Source: Flavobacterium sp. (lineage in GTDB: Bacteria; Bacteroidota; Bacteroidia; Flavobacteriales; Flavobacteriaceae). Taken from it: DNA of 64,000 bases. A model generated the notes under the pieces. The model was not told the DNA's origin. It saw only the letters and a program-made list of their open reading frames with translations, and ran no database searches. The position numbers were made by a program, and so were the translations under genes. Of the stretch, positions 1-8,312 are shown piece by piece (the stretch's first letter is position 1; every line of letters begins with the position of its first letter). The DNA lies in contig NZ_JBJXDQ010000003.1 in the NCBI RefSeq assembly GCF_046155325.1, positions 4,804 to 68,803 of the forward strand. Reading direction: 5' to 3'.

Positions 1-150
1 AAAATAAAACTTAAAAAGTTTGAGATAAGGTTTCTTCCTTAGCTCAAACTTTTTTTTTAAGAAATTAATAAAGATACTAAGTCTTAAATTTAATTTGCTC
101 CAAATATTTAGAATACAAATAAATATCTTCGTACCACATAAAAAATTATA

Positions 151-717
151 ATGGACATCAACCCAGAAATCCAAAACGCATTTGAAATAATTCAACAAGG
201 CGGCATTATCCTCTACCCGACTGATACCGTTTGGGGAATAGGCTGCGATGCCACAAATCCTGAGGCTGTTGCCAAAATCTATACGCTCAAACAACGAGCC
301 GAAACCCAAAGTATGATAGTTCTGATGAATGGCGAAAAAATGATGTACAACGTTTTCAAAGAAATTCCAGAAGTGGCTTGGCAAATTATCGATTTATCCG
401 AGAAACCAACGACATTAATTCTTGATAAACCCCGAAATGTGGCTGCCAACTTAATTGCTTCCGATAATACTCTAGGAATTAGAATCGTCAAAGAACCCTT
501 TTGCTTTAAATTGATGGAGAAAATGAAAAAACCACTGGTTTCGACTTCTGCAAATATCTCTGGTCAGCCTACTCCTATTGCTTTTAAAGATATTAATCCC
601 GAAATTATAAAAGGTGTGGACTATGTTGTAAATTTGCACCGTGATAAAATTGGAGGAAAACCGTCTACGATTATAAAAATAACGAACGATTCTCAGGTAA
701 AAGTGATTCGGAAGTAA
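151..717 (+). CDS. tsaC: L-threonylcarbamoyladenylate synthase, short YrdC-domain-only form
   Basis: YPTDTVWGIGCDA, KxR and STSANISG motifs of the Sua5/YrdC family; 188 aa, no C-terminal SUA5 domain. Confidence 0.9.
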   Translation: MDINPEIQNAFEIIQQGGIILYPTDTVWGIGCDATNPEAVAKIYTLKQRAETQSMIVLMNGEKMMYNVFKEIPEVAWQIIDLSEKPTTLILDKPRNVAANLIASDNTLGIRIVKEPFCFKLMEKMKKPLVSTSANISGQPTPIAFKDINPEIIKGVDYVVNLHRDKIGGKPSTIIKITNDSQVKVIRK

Positions 718-725
718 AAAAGATA

Positions 726-789
726 GCCACGAATTCACAAATTTTATTCAAAACAAATTGAAATAAATTCGTGAATTCGTGGCAAAAAA
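726..789. repeat. Palindromic element upstream of GxxExxY gene
   Basis: gccacgaattcac (726-738) is the exact reverse complement of gtgaattcgtggc (771-783). Confidence 0.9.
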
Positions 790-800
790 GATACGAAAAA

Positions 801-1175
801 ATGGCAGAAATACTATACAAAGAAGAAAGCTATCAAATAATGGGAATTTTATTTGAAGTTCACAGCAATTTAGGTGGTGGCTTTTCAGAAATTGTATACA
901 AAGATGCTATAGAATATGAGTTTAAAAATTTGAATATTCCTTACGAAAGAGAAAAGGAATATTCTGTAAATTATAAAAACATTATTTTAAACCATAAGTT
1001 TTATGCCGATTTTGTTTTGTTTGATTCTATAATTTTAGAAATAAAATCAAGCGAAAACCTTCACCCAAAACATTATTCACAATGTTTAAACTATTTAAAA
1101 GTTTCAAACAACAGGTTGGCTATTTTAGCCAATTTTAATTCTATATCTTTAGAGCATAAACGCATAATTAGATAA
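801..1175 (+). CDS. GxxExxY family protein (PD-(D/E)XK nuclease-like)
   Basis: GFSEIVY motif; ADF..EIK nuclease-like motif; ATG at 801 preferred because the GTG at 771 lies inside the repeat. Confidence 0.9.
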   Translation: MAEILYKEESYQIMGILFEVHSNLGGGFSEIVYKDAIEYEFKNLNIPYEREKEYSVNYKNIILNHKFYADFVLFDSIILEIKSSENLHPKHYSQCLNYLKVSNNRLAILANFNSISLEHKRIIR

Positions 1176-1178
1176 ATA

Positions 1179-1203
1179 AAATTCGTGAATTCGTGGCAAA
1201 AAA
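1179..1203. repeat. 25-nt direct repeat of the GxxExxY upstream arm
   Basis: aaattcgtgaattcgtggcaaaaaa identical at 765-789 and 1179-1203. Confidence 0.9.
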
Positions 1204-1204
1204 A

Positions 1205-2626
1205 ATGAACTACAAAGAATCCTTAAATAATAAAATCTTCGAAGTAATATCTCAAGCTTCCCAAGAACTTAACATCGATAGTTATGTGATTGGTGGTTTT
1301 GTTCGGGATTATTTATTAGAACGAGATTTCAAAAAAGACATTGATATTGTTGCCGTGGGCAGCGGAATAGAACTCGCTTTGAAAGTTTCGGAATTGCTTC
1401 CCAAAAAACCAAATGTTCAGGTTTTTAAAACCTACGGAACCGCCATGTTGCGTTTTGAAGATACCGAAATCGAGTTTGTTGGTGCTAGAAAAGAGTCCTA
1501 TCAGTTTGATAGTAGAAATCCATTAGTTGAAAATGGAACCCTTGAAGATGATCAAAATCGTCGGGATTTTACCATTAATGCTTTGGCAATTTCTTTAAAA
1601 AAAGAAACTTATGGAGAATTATCGGATCCTTTTAACGGATTAGAAGATTTGAAAAATAAAATTATCAGAACGCCACTTGACCCAGATATTACTTTTTCTG
1701 ATGATCCTTTGCGAATGTTGAGAGGCATTCGATTTGCCAATCAATTGGGATTTCGAATTGAAGAAAGTTCTTTGCAATCCATCACAAAAAATGCTGAAAG
1801 AATCAAAATAATTTCAGGCGAAAGAATTGTGGATGAGTTAAATAAAATACTTTCGACCGACAAACCTTCAATTGGCTTTTTGCTATTGTATAAAACGGGA
1901 CTTTTAGATATTATTCTTCCTGAATTAACGGCATTGAATCAAGTGGAGGAAATCGAAGGTCAAACACATAAAAATAATTTTTATCACACTTTAGAAGTCG
2001 TTGATAACATTTGCCCTAATACAGATGATGTTTGGTTACGCTGGTCTGCATTATTACACGACATTGGCAAAGCACCTACAAAACGCTTCAACAAAAAACA
2101 AGGTTGGACATTTCACGGGCATGAATTTCTAGGTGGAAAAATGGCAAAGAAAATATTCGAAAGATTGCATATGCCTCTGAATCACAAAATGAAATTTGTA
2201 CAAAAAATGGTCATGATGAGTTCAAGACCCATAGTACTTTCGCAAGATTTAGTTACCGATTCTGCTGTGCGCCGTTTGGTTTTTGATGCAGGAGAGGATG
2301 TCGAAAGTTTGATGACTTTATGCGAAGCTGATATAACAACTAAAAACCCAACTAAATTCAAGAAATACCATCAAAATTTTGAGATAGTTCGAAAGAAAAT
2401 AGTCGAAGTGGAAGAACGAGATCATGTTCGTAATTTCCAACCTCCAATTACCGGAGAAGAAATTATGGCTATTTTTGATTTAAAGCCCTCTCGTGAAATA
2501 GGAATTCTTAAAGAAGCTATAAAAGAGGCTATTTTAGAGGGTGAAATACCCAACGAATATCAGGCAGCTTATGATTTTGTTTTGGTAAAGGCCGAAAAAA
2601 TAGGTTTGAAAAGAGTAACAAATTAG
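1205..2626 (+). CDS. cca: CCA tRNA nucleotidyltransferase with HD domain
   Basis: GGFVRD, DIDI, RRDFTINA, DDPLRMLRGIRF and LLHDIGK motifs; ATG at 1205 (the GTG at 1193 is inside the repeat). Confidence 0.9.
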   Translation: MNYKESLNNKIFEVISQASQELNIDSYVIGGFVRDYLLERDFKKDIDIVAVGSGIELALKVSELLPKKPNVQVFKTYGTAMLRFEDTEIEFVGARKESYQFDSRNPLVENGTLEDDQNRRDFTINALAISLKKETYGELSDPFNGLEDLKNKIIRTPLDPDITFSDDPLRMLRGIRFANQLGFRIEESSLQSITKNAERIKIISGERIVDELNKILSTDKPSIGFLLLYKTGLLDIILPELTALNQVEEIEGQTHKNNFYHTLEVVDNICPNTDDVWLRWSALLHDIGKAPTKRFNKKQGWTFHGHEFLGGKMAKKIFERLHMPLNHKMKFVQKMVMMSSRPIVLSQDLVTDSAVRRLVFDAGEDVESLMTLCEADITTKNPTKFKKYHQNFEIVRKKIVEVEERDHVRNFQPPITGEEIMAIFDLKPSREIGILKEAIKEAILEGEIPNEYQAAYDFVLVKAEKIGLKRVTN

Positions 2627-2691
2627 TATTTCATTATAATTTGTTTGATACTAAAATTTAAATTATGTACTAATTTTGCATTTCAATCTAA

Positions 2692-3714
2692 ATGATGAGA
2701 AAATATTTTTTAAAATCAGCAAAAATTTCGCTAGTTCTTGTTTATCTGGTAATTTTTGCTGGTGCATTTGTTAGACTCACTGGATCAGGAATGGGTTGTC
2801 CTGATTGGCCTAAATGCTTTGGCTATTATATCCCTCCTACACAAGAAAAAGAATTATTTTTCGCAGCCGAAAAAGAATATTCTGAGGGTCAAGTGATTAT
2901 AAAAGACCAAATGCTATTAGTATCCAAAAATGATTTTAAATCAACAGACAGCTTTGATAATAGCAATTGGGAAAAATATGCCAAACACGATTATGCTATT
3001 TTCAATGTCTGGCATACTTGGATTGAATATATCAATCGATTGTTTGGAGCCTTAGCCGGAATTGCCTGTTTTATTACATTCATACTCTCATTTGGCTATT
3101 TTAAAGAAAACAAAACTCTTGTAATTAATTCGTTTTTAATATGTGTATTAATGGGTTTTCAAGCATGGCTTGGTAAAACTGTAGTAGATTCGGTTTTAAA
3201 CCCATTTAAAATAACAACACATATGTTAGCTGCATTATTGATTGTTGCCCTTCAATTGTATTTGATTTTCTCAATTTCAAAAACAATAACAAAATTGTTT
3301 TTTAATACTAAATTTCATAACATTCTATTGGTTGCTTCGACACTAACGCTAGTCCAAATTGTTTTAGGAACTAATGTTCGAGAGCATGTAGATACTATTT
3401 ATGAAACTGGAGTCCCAAAAGTATTTTGGTTGCAAAACCCTAGTGTTTCGTTTTATATACACAGATCTTTTTCGATTGTCGTGCTATTAACTAATGTATA
3501 TTTATTTTTTTGTAATAAGAAACTTGGATTAGGATTCAAAAAACTAAATTGGATATTATTGTTGATATTTATTGAAATTTTATCGGGAATCTTAATGTAC
3601 TATTTTGATTTTCCATTTGGTTCACAAACCCTACATATCGTTATAGCAACGCTATTATTTGGTTTTCAATTCTATTTGATTTTAGAATCAAATAGAACAA
3701 AATCAGTAAAATAA
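2692..3714 (+). CDS. ctaA: Heme A synthase, COX15/CtaA family
   Basis: VRLTGSGMGCPDWPKC motif, multiple TM helices, conserved His residues (HML, HRSF, HIV). Confidence 0.85.
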   Translation: MMRKYFLKSAKISLVLVYLVIFAGAFVRLTGSGMGCPDWPKCFGYYIPPTQEKELFFAAEKEYSEGQVIIKDQMLLVSKNDFKSTDSFDNSNWEKYAKHDYAIFNVWHTWIEYINRLFGALAGIACFITFILSFGYFKENKTLVINSFLICVLMGFQAWLGKTVVDSVLNPFKITTHMLAALLIVALQLYLIFSISKTITKLFFNTKFHNILLVASTLTLVQIVLGTNVREHVDTIYETGVPKVFWLQNPSVSFYIHRSFSIVVLLTNVYLFFCNKKLGLGFKKLNWILLLIFIEILSGILMYYFDFPFGSQTLHIVIATLLFGFQFYLILESNRTKSVK

Positions 3715-3764
3715 ATTATCTTTACCACTGACTATATTGTCACATTTTTTTGTTAACGCCTTAA

Positions 3765-4538
3765 ATGTCTAAACTTGCAAAAGCAGATAAATTTTTAGAT
3801 TTATCAGATTATGGAAGACCTATTGGGAAATGGTTTGCCAATCAACTAAAAAACACCCTGTTTACACCCATACATGTAACGCTGCTCTTTGGAATTGCTG
3901 GCCTGATTGCCATTTATTGTATTTTGCAAAATCATTACTTTTTAGCTAGTTTTTTTCTCATTTTAAAGTCGATTATCGATGCGGCAGATGGTGAATTAGC
4001 ACGAATAAAAAATACTCCATCTTACACTGGAAGATATCTTGATAGTGTGTTCGATATCTTTCTTAATTTTATGTTTTTAATGACTATTTGTTATGTGTCA
4101 AAAACATCATTTTGGCTAACTCTAATTGCGTTTTTTTGTATCCAATTACAGGGCACTTTATACAATTATTATTATGTTATTTTAAGAAATAAGTCGGTAG
4201 GAGGAGATTCAACAAGTAAGATTTTTGAATACAAATCACCCAGAGCTTTACCTGGCGAAAGTCAAAAATCAGTCGATACGTTGTTCGAAATTTACACTGT
4301 TGTTTATGGTACATTTGACAAAATAATTCACACTTTTGACCATAACGCCTACAAGGTAAAAACTTTTCCAAACTGGTTTATGACATTCATTTCTATATAT
4401 GGTTTGGGTTTTCAATTGTTGATTATTGCCATAATGCTACCCATGAATTGGATTGAATATATTATACCATTTTTCATTCTTTATACTTTCTTTGTTTTTG
4501 TATTAATTGGAATTAGAAAGGTATTTTTTAAGGTTTAA
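3765..4538 (+). CDS. CDP-alcohol phosphatidyltransferase family protein
   Basis: DAADGELAR...GRYLDSVFD matches DxxDGxxAR...GxxLDxxxD. Confidence 0.85.
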   Translation: MSKLAKADKFLDLSDYGRPIGKWFANQLKNTLFTPIHVTLLFGIAGLIAIYCILQNHYFLASFFLILKSIIDAADGELARIKNTPSYTGRYLDSVFDIFLNFMFLMTICYVSKTSFWLTLIAFFCIQLQGTLYNYYYVILRNKSVGGDSTSKIFEYKSPRALPGESQKSVDTLFEIYTVVYGTFDKIIHTFDHNAYKVKTFPNWFMTFISIYGLGFQLLIIAIMLPMNWIEYIIPFFILYTFFVFVLIGIRKVFFKV

Positions 4539-4796
4539 ATCATCATAGATATAATCTATATATAAGTCATAAGATACTGAATTCCATATATTTTATATGT
4601 ATTTATATAAAATTATAGTTTAATTTAAAATCTCATGAAAAAAATATAAATCACAAACTACTTTTTGCATAATTTAGTTGTTATATCAATTCAATATTTT
4701 AAAAAAATCGTTATCTTTTTAACATATCTTTTAAAAAAAAAGAATAAGTACTAATTAATTTTCTTCTATATTTATCTTCAATTAGCTTGTAGTTTT

Positions 4797-5354
4797 ATGA
4801 AAACCGAAAAAGAAAAAATGATTGCTGGAGACTATTATTTAGGAGGTGATTCTACGTTAGTCAAAGACCGTCGAAAAGCAAAAAACTTACTCCACAGACT
4901 AAACGTCATTGAATATAGAATTACCAAAAAAGCAAAAGAAATTATCCGAGAATTAATTCCAAATGCTGGAAAAAATATTTACATAGAACCACCATTTTTT
5001 TGCGATTATGGCTATAACATTTTTTGTGGTGATAATGTATATTTTAATGTGAATTGTGTGGTTCTTGATAGTGCTAAAGTCACCATAGGCTCTAATGCTT
5101 TTTTTGCCCCTGGAGTTCAAATATATACCACATCTCACCCAATTGAAGCTGCCTTGAGACAAACACACGAAAATGCTTTACCCATTACCATTGGTAATGA
5201 CTGCTGGATTGGTGGCAATGCTATCATTCTTCCTGGCATTACCATAGGAAACGGCTGTGTTATTGGTGCAGGTTCTGTGGTTACAAAAAATATTCCTGAC
5301 AATTCGTTAGCAGTAGGAAATCCCGCTAAAATCATTCGAAAGTTAAATGATTGA
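4797..5354 (+). CDS. Maltose/galactoside O-acetyltransferase family
   Basis: TEKEKM start, PFFCDYGYNI, hexapeptide repeats, VGNPAK. Confidence 0.9.
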   Translation: MKTEKEKMIAGDYYLGGDSTLVKDRRKAKNLLHRLNVIEYRITKKAKEIIRELIPNAGKNIYIEPPFFCDYGYNIFCGDNVYFNVNCVVLDSAKVTIGSNAFFAPGVQIYTTSHPIEAALRQTHENALPITIGNDCWIGGNAIILPGITIGNGCVIGAGSVVTKNIPDNSLAVGNPAKIIRKLND

Positions 5355-5459
5355 TTTTTTAAGTATAAATCTTTTCAACAAATATGAAATCTGTCCCAAA
5401 ACTTCGGGATAAAATCTAAAATTATATTTTACCTTTGACTATTCAATAAAACACAAATT

Positions 5460-5999
5460 ATGGTTTATAAATTTAGAGTAATTCTCGATACCGAAGAAGA
5501 CATTTTTAGAGACATTGCAATACTTGCCAACGATACATTAGAAGATTTACACAATGCTATTTTCAATTCTTTTGGTTTTGATGGTATGGAAGTCGCTTCT
5601 TTCTTCACTTGTGATAATACTTGGAATCAAGAGGACGAGATTCCTATGTTTGATACCGGAGATATTCCTGGTGAGCAAAAAACGATGAGTGATTATTTAC
5701 TCTCTGATATTCTAGATAAAGAAAATACCAAAATAATATATGTGTATGATTTTATCAGCATGTGGACTTTTCTGGTAGAACTGGCAGCAATTGAAGAAAT
5801 AACTACAGGAAATACTTATCCAGAAATGCTGTTTTCTGTTGGTGAAATGCCAGCCGAAGCTATGGAAAAACATTTCATTGCCGATGACGAAGAGGAAGAT
5901 TATAACGAATTTGAAGATGATTTAGACGAAGATGATCTAGACATGTTCGAAAGTGATGATAGCTTTGAAGATTTTGGATTCGAAGAGAACTGGAATTAA
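5460..5999 (+). CDS. pRiA4b ORF-3-like protein with acidic tail
   Basis: RDIAI..TLEDLHNAI..FGF and YVYDF..W pattern; D/E-rich C-terminus. Confidence 0.75.
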   Translation: MVYKFRVILDTEEDIFRDIAILANDTLEDLHNAIFNSFGFDGMEVASFFTCDNTWNQEDEIPMFDTGDIPGEQKTMSDYLLSDILDKENTKIIYVYDFISMWTFLVELAAIEEITTGNTYPEMLFSVGEMPAEAMEKHFIADDEEEDYNEFEDDLDEDDLDMFESDDSFEDFGFEENWN

Positions 6000-6004
6000 A
6001 AAAA

Positions 6005-6038
6005 GGGTTTAAAGGTTTAAGGTGGTTTAAAAGTTTAA
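6005..6038. repeat. GTTTAA-type periodic repeat, left arm of four-helix-bundle cassette
   Basis: ggtttaaa ggtttaa ggt ggtttaaa agtttaa. Confidence 0.85.
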
Positions 6039-6048
6039 TATCGTTTAT

Positions 6049-6458
6049 ATGGCTACAATAACAAAATTCGAAGATTTAGAAATTTGGGAAGAGGTAAGAA
6101 GACTTTCAAAAGAAATAATTTTCATATCTAAAAACACTGAACTAAATAAATATTTTAAATTTAATGCTCAAATTAAAGACTCGTCAGGATCTGTAATGGA
6201 TAACATCGCTGAAGGGTTTGAAAGGAATGGAAACGCTGAAATCCGCCAATTTCTATCCATAGCTAAAGGCTCAGCTGGAGAAACCCGTTCTCAATTATAT
6301 AGAGTTTTCGACAATGAATATATTGATGAAGAAAAATTAAAATATTTAGTTACTGTGTATGAAAATTGAGTATTAAAATTCACAATTTCATCACTTACCT
6401 AAACAAAAAAGACTTCAGAGGTACAAAATTTATAGACCCACAAACCCCAAACTCTTAA
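6049..6458 (+). pseudogene. Four-helix-bundle (23S rRNA IVS/Avd-like) protein, frameshifted near 6365
   Basis: KFEDLEIW..R, QIKDSSGSVMDNIAEGFER, FLSIAKGSAGETRSQL; TGA at 6367, but the shifted frame continues LSIKIHNFITYLNKKDFRGTKF to TAA at 6456-6458. Confidence 0.8.
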
Positions 6459-6513
6459 ACAAACTTAAACTTTTAAACAATTTTAAACGAAATTAAATAA
6501 TCTTAAACCTTTA
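6455..6513. repeat. TTAAAC-type periodic repeat, right arm (inverted relative to 6005-6038)
   Basis: ttaaacttttaaac 6465-6478 is the reverse complement of 6025-6038; ttaaaccttta 6503-6513 is the reverse complement of 6010-6020. Confidence 0.85.
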
Positions 6514-7572
6514 ATGATAAACCTTTTCAACGCCCATATCGATACTTTATCCATTCATAGAGTAGGAAACAAAAGTCGCAACGAAGCACTTTTTTTATCG
6601 GAACAATCTTTTAATTTGAATGACGAAATCGTTCCGTTAATGAAAGAGTATTTCCTCAAACCTTTTAGAGAAAAGGAAGAAAACTATTTTCAATTTGCAC
6701 ATGAAGTTGATTTAGAATACAATGACATGTACACATTAGCTTCGCAACTATTTGAAAACCCAAGTTGTTTACACGAAGTTTCTAAAAAAATCACAACTCA
6801 TTTATTCGAACAATCCAATCATCCACACATCAAAAATGGCGAGGTTTATATTGCCTATTTGACTAACATGAATATCGACAATACCATAGTTGATGCTATT
6901 GGGATTTTTAAAAGTGAGATTCAAACCGACTTTCTGCAATTTGAAGAAAAAGAATCTAACCTTGAAATGATACTTCAACAAGGTATTAATCTTAGCAAAT
7001 TAGACAAAGGCTGCTTGATTTTTAATTACAAAAAAGAGGAAGGTTATAAAATATTAACTGTTGACAGTAATCGTTATGATGCAAGGTATTGGTTAGAACA
7101 TTTCTTATCGGTTGATGCTTTTGAAGACGAAAATTTTATCACTAAAAAATATCTTAAATTCTGTCAAGGCTTTGCCAAAGATGTTGTTTTTCCTGCCGAA
7201 GACAAGAAAGAAGAAGTAATGTTTATGAATCGTAGTGTAAATTATTTTGCAAAAAATGACCAGTTTGAAGAAAGTAATTTCTTGAATGAAGTTTTAGATA
7301 ATCCCGATTTAATTCCGGAATTTAAAAATTACAAAGTAGACAAAGGCGAGAAATACAGTATTGAAGATGTGACTACATTCCCAATTGCTAATGCAGCTGT
7401 TTCTGATGCCAGAAAGTCAATCAAAAACGTTATTAATTTAGATACCCATATTCAAATCAAGTTAGATTTTATTAACCCAGAAAGCGCCGAAAAATTTGTT
7501 GAAAAGGGTTGGGACGAAGAAAAACAAATGTATTACTACTTAGTCTATTTTAATAAAGAAGTAAAAAACTAG
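6514..7572 (+). CDS. Nucleoid-associated protein (YejK/NdpA-like, 37 kDa family)
   Basis: LSIHRVGNK start, DAIGIFKSE, LDKGCLIFN, YWLEHFL. Confidence 0.8.
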   Translation: MINLFNAHIDTLSIHRVGNKSRNEALFLSEQSFNLNDEIVPLMKEYFLKPFREKEENYFQFAHEVDLEYNDMYTLASQLFENPSCLHEVSKKITTHLFEQSNHPHIKNGEVYIAYLTNMNIDNTIVDAIGIFKSEIQTDFLQFEEKESNLEMILQQGINLSKLDKGCLIFNYKKEEGYKILTVDSNRYDARYWLEHFLSVDAFEDENFITKKYLKFCQGFAKDVVFPAEDKKEEVMFMNRSVNYFAKNDQFEESNFLNEVLDNPDLIPEFKNYKVDKGEKYSIEDVTTFPIANAAVSDARKSIKNVINLDTHIQIKLDFINPESAEKFVEKGWDEEKQMYYYLVYFNKEVKN

Positions 7573-7599
7573 ACTGTCAATAAAATAACTGATTTTATC

Positions 7600-7633
7600 A
7601 ATCCTCAATCACCTAGGTAGTTGAGGATTTTTT
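7600..7633 (+). terminator. Intrinsic terminator
   Basis: aatcctcaa/ttgaggatt 9-bp stem followed by a T run. Confidence 0.75.
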
Positions 7634-7682
7634 ATAAAAAACCATCTCGAGGGATAGCTCCAGGGGTATTAGCAAAATAAAA

Positions 7683-7734
7683 GCGACAGATTCACAGATT
7701 TTAAAAAATCTATTTTAATCTGTGAATCTGTGAC
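7683..7734. repeat. Gene-less palindromic element related to the GxxExxY flank
   Basis: acagattcacagatt (7686-7700) pairs with aatctgtgaatctgt (7717-7731). Confidence 0.85.
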
Positions 7735-7878
7735 AAAAAAACCGAAGTAGAGCTTTGAGGAACTAAACCTAAAAAAGATTAAAATATAAGTTTTATATTA
7801 CATTTTAATAAAAATATTGCGTTTAAACGATAAAATGATTCGCTTTGACTGATTTTTACATAAATTTGTCTTCACTAA

Positions 7879-8145
7879 ATGTCTATTATAAATAATCTGA
7901 TTATGAACACAATAGCGATATCAAGGTTAATTTTTAGTAAAAAAATTATTTGTCAGCTATTTGGTCATAGATTCGTAACAACTAAAAACATCACAAAAAA
8001 CATAAAAGAATTTAAATGTACAGTATGTAATCTTGAGTTAACAAACACAGAAAAAGGACAGAGAATATTTTTAACTCCTGAATTAAAAGATATCAATGAA
8101 ACTCTAGCCAAATTTAACAAAAGACGAATGATAAAAACTCATTAG
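7879..8145 (+). CDS. Small hypothetical protein, possible zinc finger (DUF1660-like)
   Basis: CQLFGH and CTVC motifs; TAAATTTG box at 7861-7868. Confidence 0.65.
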   Translation: MSIINNLIMNTIAISRLIFSKKIICQLFGHRFVTTKNITKNIKEFKCTVCNLELTNTEKGQRIFLTPELKDINETLAKFNKRRMIKTH

Positions 8146-8312
8146 TAATACCCCAAATAACCTAACTATTTACATTTTATCCATTTTAAAAATAAAATTA
8201 TGCTAATCCTACTAATCTCCTATTGTTGTTTACATTTAAAACAAAAATACAAAACATTAAAATCAAGTGCTAAATCAGAAACATTAGTATCTTAACTTAA
8301 GATTATAAAAGT

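Noticed and set aside
5460-5999. pRiA4b ORF-3/TnpR-like gene as a sign of a plasmid or IS
   Set aside because: No IRs, transposase or replication genes are associated; the context is a chromosomal operon.
6367-6402. Selenocysteine or readthrough at the TGA
   Set aside because: The in-frame continuation is only 10 codons and not family-like; the plausible C-terminus is in another frame.
6049-6458. Diversity-generating retroelement, because of the Avd-like protein
   Set aside because: No reverse transcriptase and no TR/VR pair differing at adenines was seen nearby.
7879-8145. Prophage remnant
   Set aside because: A single small Cys/His ORF with no integrase, structural genes or att sites.
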